From: Candidatus Omnitrophota bacterium | Lineage (GTDB): Bacteria; Omnitrophota; Gorgyraeia; Tantalellales; Tantalellaceae | Assembly: GCA_043813915.1 (NCBI GenBank) | Contig: JBDRKO010000001.1 | Span: 835-64,834, forward strand | Reading direction: 5' to 3' | Length of the DNA: 64,000 nt | Shown here: positions 58,494 through 64,000 of the stretch, piece after piece | Numbering within the stretch: the stretch's first letter is position 1 | How the letters are laid out: every line of letters begins with the position of its first letter | Notes under the pieces: model-generated | What the model was told of the DNA's origin: nothing | What the model saw: the letters and a program-made list of their open reading frames with translations, nothing else | The model's database searches: none | Translations under genes and position numbers: made by a program

Positions 58494-60188
58494 TTACATT
58501 TTTTCCGGCAAGGTGATATTTAAAAGGTTCAATCCGTTAGCCAGCGCTATACGGACACATTCCACAAGATAAAGACGCGCAGAAGAAAGCGCTCGGTCCT
58601 CGGTCACTACCCGGCATTCCGTGTAGAACGAATGAAAAGACCTGGAAAGCTCGTTCAGATACGTTATCACCTTGTTGGGTTCCAAAGCTTCCGCTCCCGC
58701 AATGACAACGAACGGAAATTCCGAAAGTTTTCTCATCAGGCTTTTTTCTTCTTTTCCCGTAAGAAGGGAAAGGTCGGTTTTACCGAAGAGACGCCATTTC
58801 CATTCCCGGCGGCTGAATTTTTTGATACTGCATATCCTGGCATGAGCGTATTGCATATAAAAAACGGGGTTTTCCGATGACCCTTCTTTCGCCAGGTCTA
58901 TGTCAAAATCCAGATGGCTGTCCAGTCTGCGGGAGAGAAAGAAGAAACGCGTGACGTCCCTGCCCAATTCATCTATAAGTTCTCTGAGGCTTATGAACTC
59001 ACCTTTACGCGTCGACATGGAGACGGTCTCCCCGCCTCTTAGCAGCGTTACCAGCTGCACTATAAGGATATTAAGGTCCTTTTTATCGTATCCCAAAGCC
59101 TGCACCGCGGCTTTCATCCTGCCTATATACCCGTGATGGTCAGGTCCCAGTATATCGATGAGCATTCCGTACCCTCGGCTGTACTTATCAAGATGATACG
59201 CTATATCCGGCGCCAGGTACGTATACGACCCGTCACTCTTCATCACTACCCGGTCCTTGTCGTCACCCAGCCTTGTCGACGCGAACCATTTAGCGCCGTC
59301 TTGGTCATATATGTACCCTTTTTTCTCCAATATCCCCAGGGTCTTTTCCACTCTGCCTTTTTTTTCTATACCGGACTGGGCCGTCCAGGTGCCGAACCTG
59401 ACCCCGAAATCCTTAAGGTCATCCCGTATGAGCCCCATCATATGATCAACGGCATACTTACGGAAGAACGCCCGATTGCGCGGCGTATCTTTTTTAAGCG
59501 TTTTTCCTTTCCTGCCGGATATATCACGGGCAATATCCGTTATGTAAGCGCCTATATACCCGTCCTCCGGCATGGCGTCGGATCCCCCCAAAAGGTTAAG
59601 ATAACGCACCCTCACGGACTCGCCCAGCAGGTTTATCTGGCGTCCCATGTCGTTGAGATAATACTCGCACGTCACATCAAAACCGTTATAGCGCAGTATT
59701 CTTGCAAGCGCGTCGCCTATCGCGGCCTGTCTGCCGTGCGCTACGGTAAGAGGTCCCGTCGGGTTAGCGCTTACGAATTCCAAGTTGACCTTTTTCCCTT
59801 TACCGCGGACGGACCTGCCGAAATGCCTGCCTTCTTTCCGTATCGAACGCAGCAGCCCGTGATAATAATCCTCAACCAGCGTAAAATTCAGAAAACCGCC
59901 CGCAAGCTCTATCCTGAGGATGAACCTTTCCAGTGACGTGCCTATTATTCTTTTTTTGAGTATTTCGATCAGGCCGCCGCCCAGGACCGCGGGCGAGACC
60001 TTGCCTATAGAGGCGAGTCGCATAGCGACATTTGAAGTGAGATCCCCGTGTTTTGCTTCACGCGTGACCTGCAGGGAAACATCTACCCCTTCAGGGAAAG
60101 TTCCCCCCGGGATATTGTCATGAAAATACTCTCTGCAGGCAGCTAAAAGGAGCTTTTCTATGTTTTTTGCAATGTCTGTGCCAAGCAT
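58494..60188 (-). CDS. argS: Arginine--tRNA ligase
   Basis: Class I aaRS with HIGH-like (ANPTGPLTVAHG) and anticodon-binding domain; start likely MLGTDIAKN. Confidence 0.9.
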   Translation of the reverse strand: MLGTDIAKNIEKLLLAACREYFHDNIPGGTFPEGVDVSLQVTREAKHGDLTSNVAMRLASIGKVSPAVLGGGLIEILKKRIIGTSLERFILRIELAGGFLNFTLVEDYYHGLLRSIRKEGRHFGRSVRGKGKKVNLEFVSANPTGPLTVAHGRQAAIGDALARILRYNGFDVTCEYYLNDMGRQINLLGESVRVRYLNLLGGSDAMPEDGYIGAYITDIARDISGRKGKTLKKDTPRNRAFFRKYAVDHMMGLIRDDLKDFGVRFGTWTAQSGIEKKGRVEKTLGILEKKGYIYDQDGAKWFASTRLGDDKDRVVMKSDGSYTYLAPDIAYHLDKYSRGYGMLIDILGPDHHGYIGRMKAAVQALGYDKKDLNILIVQLVTLLRGGETVSMSTRKGEFISLRELIDELGRDVTRFFFLSRRLDSHLDFDIDLAKEGSSENPVFYMQYAHARICSIKKFSRREWKWRLFGKTDLSLLTGKEEKSLMRKLSEFPFVVIAGAEALEPNKVITYLNELSRSFHSFYTECRVVTEDRALSSARLYLVECVRIALANGLNLLNITLPEKM

Positions 60189-60541
60189 TTGCCCACAAAA
60201 TGTTCTGAAGGAGCATCCGACCACAGTCTTTCAAGACCGTAAAAATCTCTTGCCCCTTGGGAGAATACATGTACTATAACGTCTTCGCAATCCAATAAGG
60301 TCCAATATGTCCCTTTCTTTCCTTCTATATGGAGCGGCGCGATCCTCTCTTTTGCCAGAGACTTCTGCACTTCCTTGGAAATAGCGTTTATCTGGCGGGA
60401 AGATCCGCCCGAAACGAGAACATACCAATCACAAACAGAGGATATCCCCCTCATGTCCATAAGAGTTATATCCTCCCCCTTTTTATCATATGCTATCTGG
60501 GCTATATGTCTTGCCTTATCGGAAGCTGTTACGTACTTCAC
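60158..60541 (-). CDS. rsfS: Ribosomal silencing factor RsfS (Iojap)
   Basis: 127 aa; DWYVLVSG...HVF motif. Confidence 0.8.
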   Translation of the reverse strand: MKYVTASDKARHIAQIAYDKKGEDITLMDMRGISSVCDWYVLVSGGSSRQINAISKEVQKSLAKERIAPLHIEGKKGTYWTLLDCEDVIVHVFSQGARDFYGLERLWSDAPSEHFVGKCLAQTLQKT

Positions 60542-60578
60542 TCTTGATCACGATCCCGCTTAGCGCAGTAAGTACCGA

Positions 60579-60722
60579 TCATTTACCCATTATCCTGTAC
60601 ATACCGGTGCCGCAATCGGGACATTTTCCTTTCATGGCCTTACGGCCGTTCTTCATCGTTACTTCCTGTGCGTCCTTCATCTCTTTTTTACCCTTACATT
60701 TTACACAATAAGCCTCTGCCAT
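60579..60722 (-). CDS. Small zinc-ribbon protein (47 aa, two CxxC pairs; DUF5679-like)
   Basis: Own translation MAEAYCVKCKGKKEMKDAQEVTMKNGRKAMKGKCPDCGTGMYRIMGK; below the ORF-track cutoff. Confidence 0.45.
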   Translation of the reverse strand: MAEAYCVKCKGKKEMKDAQEVTMKNGRKAMKGKCPDCGTGMYRIMGK

Positions 60723-60839
60723 AAAGAACCCCCTCCTTTGTTGTTAACATACTTGGATAAGTGTATCATACAGTCCATAAATGTCAAGCATAAGTAATAA
60801 ACACAAAACTTAGATATCGGGACGTATATACTGTTTTAT

Positions 60840-61406
60840 CTATAGGTATAGCCCTTTGTTCCTTATATACTCCACTGCCGCAGGCATAAGGAAATGATCT
60901 ATGGGCTCTTTAGCCTTTATCCTGCGCCTTATTTCCGTTGAAGATATGTCTACATGCGGCATTTTCATACGCATTATTCTTTCCTCATAAGGGCTTTCGT
61001 CCTTCCACCCGGGACGGGAGACAATGACGAACGTGGTAAGGGCCAGAATATCGTCTATACGTTTCCAGTCACCTAGAGTGACGGAGGAATCACTCCCCGT
61101 GATAAAAAATATGTCCGCTCCGCGGTTCGTTTTGATGAAATGCTCTACGGTATCTACGGAATAAGAAGTCCCTTGCGCGTCTATCTCATATGTCGAGATC
61201 TCGAACCTTTTATCCCCTTCCAGGGATATACGTACAAGATTGAGCCTGTCCGCGACGGATATATCTTCGTTGATCTTTTTATGCGGAGGAATGAACGCCG
61301 GGATAAAGACCACCTTATCGAGGCCGAGGCCATGCCAACATTCCTGGGCAAGTAGAATATGCCCGATATGGATAGGATCGAATGTGCCTCCGAGAAGTCC
61401 TATACG
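60840..61406 (-). CDS. nadD: Nicotinate-nucleotide adenylyltransferase
   Basis: GGTFDPIHIGH motif; start at MRIGLLGG. Confidence 0.9.
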   Translation of the reverse strand, partial: RIGLLGGTFDPIHIGHILLAQECWHGLGLDKVVFIPAFIPPHKKINEDISVADRLNLVRISLEGDKRFEISTYEIDAQGTSYSVDTVEHFIKTNRGADIFFITGSDSSVTLGDWKRIDDILALTTFVIVSRPGWKDESPYEERIMRMKMPHVDISSTEIRRRIKAKEPIDHFLMPAAVEYIRNKGLYL

Positions 61407-61440
61407 CATGTCCCTCCGTAGCATATTAGAGTTCGCGAGT

Positions 61441-61560
61441 TTTATTGGGTTTGTAAGGTTTAGCTAAGATAAAGAGCCGATACCCGCATACCAAGTCAGG
61501 TTGGGACATTTCCCGAACGTAGGGAGGGAAGTGTCCCCTTTGCTGCTATCTTAAACAATA
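61441..61560. repeat. Composite: Family A half-element (gagttcgcgagttttattgggtttgtaagg) plus Family B element (GGGACATTTCCC-gaacgtaggga-GGGAAGTGTCCCC)
   Basis: Same A-half plus B juxtaposition as at 20311-20457. Confidence 0.6.
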
Positions 61561-61891
61561 GACCATTGACTGTCTAGAACATCTAGCATGGTTAAAGCTG
61601 ATTCTAAGTTTGGTCCGCGTTCATCCGGTTACAGTGTCATCGCATAGTCAAGCGTTTTGTCTCTGTTTTTGTAAAGTTTGGTTGTTCTGCCTTTTTGTAT
61701 CTCTGTGCTGTTCAGCTAAGTGTTCGCCTACTTAAAACGCTTGCATGCCAATAACCTTTGCATTGCATCTGTGGAGCTTCTTTTTCTCTATTCTAGCCCT
61801 ACTTCTTGTCCTGACCCTCTGACTCTAGCGAGCGCTAGCGAACGGTGACTCTTTGACTCTTATCTAGCTTCTGACTTCTAACTTCTAGCCT

Positions 61892-63151
61892 CTATTCTCT
61901 GATCTGCCCCGTACCTCGGACAACATATTTATATGTTGTTAGTTCTTCCAGCCCCATCGGACCGCGGGCATGTAGTCTGTCGGTAGATATCCCTATTTCC
62001 GCGCCCTTGCCGAACTCGCCTCCGTCAGTGAACCGTGTGGACGCGTTCACATATACCGCGGACGAATCGACCTTTTTAAGGAATTCCTCGGCATGCTCCT
62101 CATTGCGGGTTATGATAGAATCTGAATGCGCCGAACCGAATACGGAAATATGTTCCACGGCCTCTTGAAGGGATCGGACTACCTTTATGTTCAGTATAAG
62201 GTCCAGCCATTCCGTCGCGTAATCTTTATCGTCGGCTTTTTCGGCCACCTGCCCTAGGATACGGACGGTCTCTTTACACCCTTTAATGCGCACGCCTGCT
62301 TTCTTCAGCTTGGATGATATGGACGCCAAGAATCGCTCCGCTATATCCGTGTGGACCAGCATAGTCTCCATAGCATTACATACGCCGGGACACTGCAGCT
62401 TAGCGTTCAGACATATGCGTTCCGCCATATCAGGATCCGCGTCGCTGTCGACATATGTGCTGCATACACCTTTATAATGCTTAATGACCGGAACTCGGCT
62501 TTTAAGAGCAACTTCCCTGATAAGCGATTCTCCGCCGCGCGGCATTATCAAGTCTATATCATCCGCCGCTTCCAGCATAGCGTCGACAAAAGCGCGATCC
62601 GTATCTTCTATAAGAACGAACGCCCCTTCGTCGAGACCGCATCTCAAAAAGGCCTTTTTCAATAACGCGTATATCGCTTTGTTAGAGTTTATGCTCCCGG
62701 ATCCGCCCCTGAGTATAACAGCGTTCCCCGACTTCACGCATAGGGCCACGCATTCCGCGGTCACATTGGGCCGGGCTTCGTAAATAATACCTATTACACC
62801 TATAGGCACTCTTACCTTTTCTATCAGGAGACCGTTCGGACGCGAGGTCTTTTCAATGACCTCTCCCACGGGATCTTTGAGGGCCTCTACATCCCTCATC
62901 ATGGAGCACATACCGTCGATACGCTTATCGTCCAATGTCAATCTGTCTATAAAAGCCCTCGTCTCGCCGGATCTCTCGGCCGATGCTATATCCGAACGGT
63001 TGGCCTTTTTTATGGAGTCCCTTCCCTTATCCATTTCTTCGGCCATGGCCTTCAGCGCGCGGTTCTTCTCACCCGCGGTCAGCTGGCTCAACGCATCCGC
63101 CCCGCGCCTCGACACTGAAGTGATCTCTTTCATTCTACGCTTTGCGTCCAT
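61892..63151 (-). CDS. proA: Gamma-glutamyl phosphate reductase
   Basis: ProA/ALDH-like; start at MDAKRRMKEI (the track ORF carries a 23-aa extension). Confidence 0.9.
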   Translation of the reverse strand: MDAKRRMKEITSVSRRGADALSQLTAGEKNRALKAMAEEMDKGRDSIKKANRSDIASAERSGETRAFIDRLTLDDKRIDGMCSMMRDVEALKDPVGEVIEKTSRPNGLLIEKVRVPIGVIGIIYEARPNVTAECVALCVKSGNAVILRGGSGSINSNKAIYALLKKAFLRCGLDEGAFVLIEDTDRAFVDAMLEAADDIDLIMPRGGESLIREVALKSRVPVIKHYKGVCSTYVDSDADPDMAERICLNAKLQCPGVCNAMETMLVHTDIAERFLASISSKLKKAGVRIKGCKETVRILGQVAEKADDKDYATEWLDLILNIKVVRSLQEAVEHISVFGSAHSDSIITRNEEHAEEFLKKVDSSAVYVNASTRFTDGGEFGKGAEIGISTDRLHARGPMGLEELTTYKYVVRGTGQIRE

Positions 63152-63167
63152 ATGACCTTCTCCGTGA

Positions 63168-64000
63168 TCAATCTTCTCTATCCAGTATAACGAGGTTATC
63201 CCTGTGAACGACCTCGTCATAATCCTTGTATCCCAATTCCTTTTCTATTGCCGCGGACGATCTTCCTTTGATCATGTCGATCTCGTTCGAAGCATAGTTA
63301 GAAAGACCGCGCGCAAAGACCCTGCCCCGCAGTGAACATATCTCCACAACATCTCCCGATGAGAACGATCCTTTCACTCCCTGTATGCCGCTGGGCAAAA
63401 GGCTTTTGTTACGCGCAGCGACCGCCTTCTCGGCACCCTCATCGACCATAATGGATCCTTTCGCCCTCAGACTGAAAGCTATCCATCTCTTTCTCGCCTT
63501 TAATGTCCTCTTTGCGGAAAGGAACCTTGTCCCGACATCTTTTCCGCTTATAATGTCCTTAAGGACATTATCCCTGCGACCCAGGGCTATCACGCATTCT
63601 ATCCCTGACCTAGAAGCATTCTTTACCGCTTCCAGTTTACTAAGCATGCCTCCGGTACTTTCGGCGCATCCCTTACCGGAACATAAGGCCTTTATGCTTC
63701 CCGTTATCTCGCCGACCGAACCGATGATCTTTCCGTCTTTATCATAAAGTCCTTCAACATCGGTAAGTATCACTAAGAGGTCCACCTCAGCCAGGTCCGC
63801 CACAAGCCCGGACAATCTGTCATTATCGCCGCATTTTATTTCGTCGGTGGAAACGGAATCGTTCTCGTTGATTATCGGTACGGCCCCGTGTTTTAAAAGG
63901 GTGTTCAGAGTGTATCTGATGTTCAGGAATCTTTTTCGGTCAGCGAAATCCTCCTGAGTAAGCAGCATCTGACCCGTTATATATCCCCGTTTTGACAGAT
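63168..64000 (-). CDS. proB: Glutamate 5-kinase (5' end beyond window)
   Basis: Amino-acid-kinase domain plus C-terminal PUA; frame stays open upstream of the track ORF start M through position 64000 (…YITGQMLLTQEDF aligns with ProB …LLTREDL). Confidence 0.9.
   Translation of the reverse strand, partial: LSKRGYITGQMLLTQEDFADRKRFLNIRYTLNTLLKHGAVPIINENDSVSTDEIKCGDNDRLSGLVADLAEVDLLVILTDVEGLYDKDGKIIGSVGEITGSIKALCSGKGCAESTGGMLSKLEAVKNASRSGIECVIALGRRDNVLKDIISGKDVGTRFLSAKRTLKARKRWIAFSLRAKGSIMVDEGAEKAVAARNKSLLPSGIQGVKGSFSSGDVVEICSLRGRVFARGLSNYASNEIDMIKGRSSAAIEKELGYKDYDEVVHRDNLVILDRED

Overview
This 64-kb window looks like a housekeeping chromosomal segment from a bacterium, possibly a candidate-phylum lineage, and I found no rRNA, CRISPR array, transposase or integrase. 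Every gene I can support, roughly 60 CDSs and 2 tRNAs, lies on the minus strand.

The content is core metabolism and information processing, in order along the window:
- ribF (partial), truB, a DHH phosphoesterase, rbfA and a CCA-type nucleotidyltransferase.
- xerD, then an FMN-riboswitch-controlled rib operon in the order ribBA-ribH-nusB-PHP-ribD-ribE.
- groESL with a perfect CIRCE operator, followed by coaX-birA-S2P-hflCK.
- A folate one-carbon cluster, fhs-fchA-folD-metF, together with panB.
- rpsP-trmD-rplS without rimM, then murA, prmC, prfA, rpmE, rho, coaE and polA.
- gatCAB, ksgA-pdxA and two SurA/PpiC genes, a short Mfd-like helicase, argS, rsfS, nadD, proA and proB (partial).

The unusual part is the non-coding DNA. 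Almost every longer intergenic gap holds a copy of one of at least four or five unrelated structured repeat families:
- Family A is a roughly 100-bp palindrome built from 10-11-bp GAGTTTGTAG/CTACGAACTC subrepeats.
- Family B is a roughly 115-bp element around a GGGACAYTTCCC-loop-GGGAAGTGTCCC hairpin.
- Family C is a roughly 200-bp element with AGTCnAAAGGTC and GGTAACCGG subrepeats.
- Family D is a roughly 150-bp element with a hairpin that covaries between copies.
- A roughly 206-bp foldback palindrome and a 63-bp tandem duplication also occur.

Two gene sets are each bracketed by long, near-identical inverted copies of one family. gatC-gatA sits between inverted arms of about 200 bp. The TauE/SafE permease gene sits between inverted arms of about 115 bp. 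Either could be an invertible or otherwise mobile cassette, or a long-range RNA clamp.

Other points of note are a bactofilin carrying a C-terminal HTH_17 domain, translationally coupled to an HTH_17/membrane-anchor partner, and a Family D element inserted between the FMN riboswitch terminator and the ribBA start codon.
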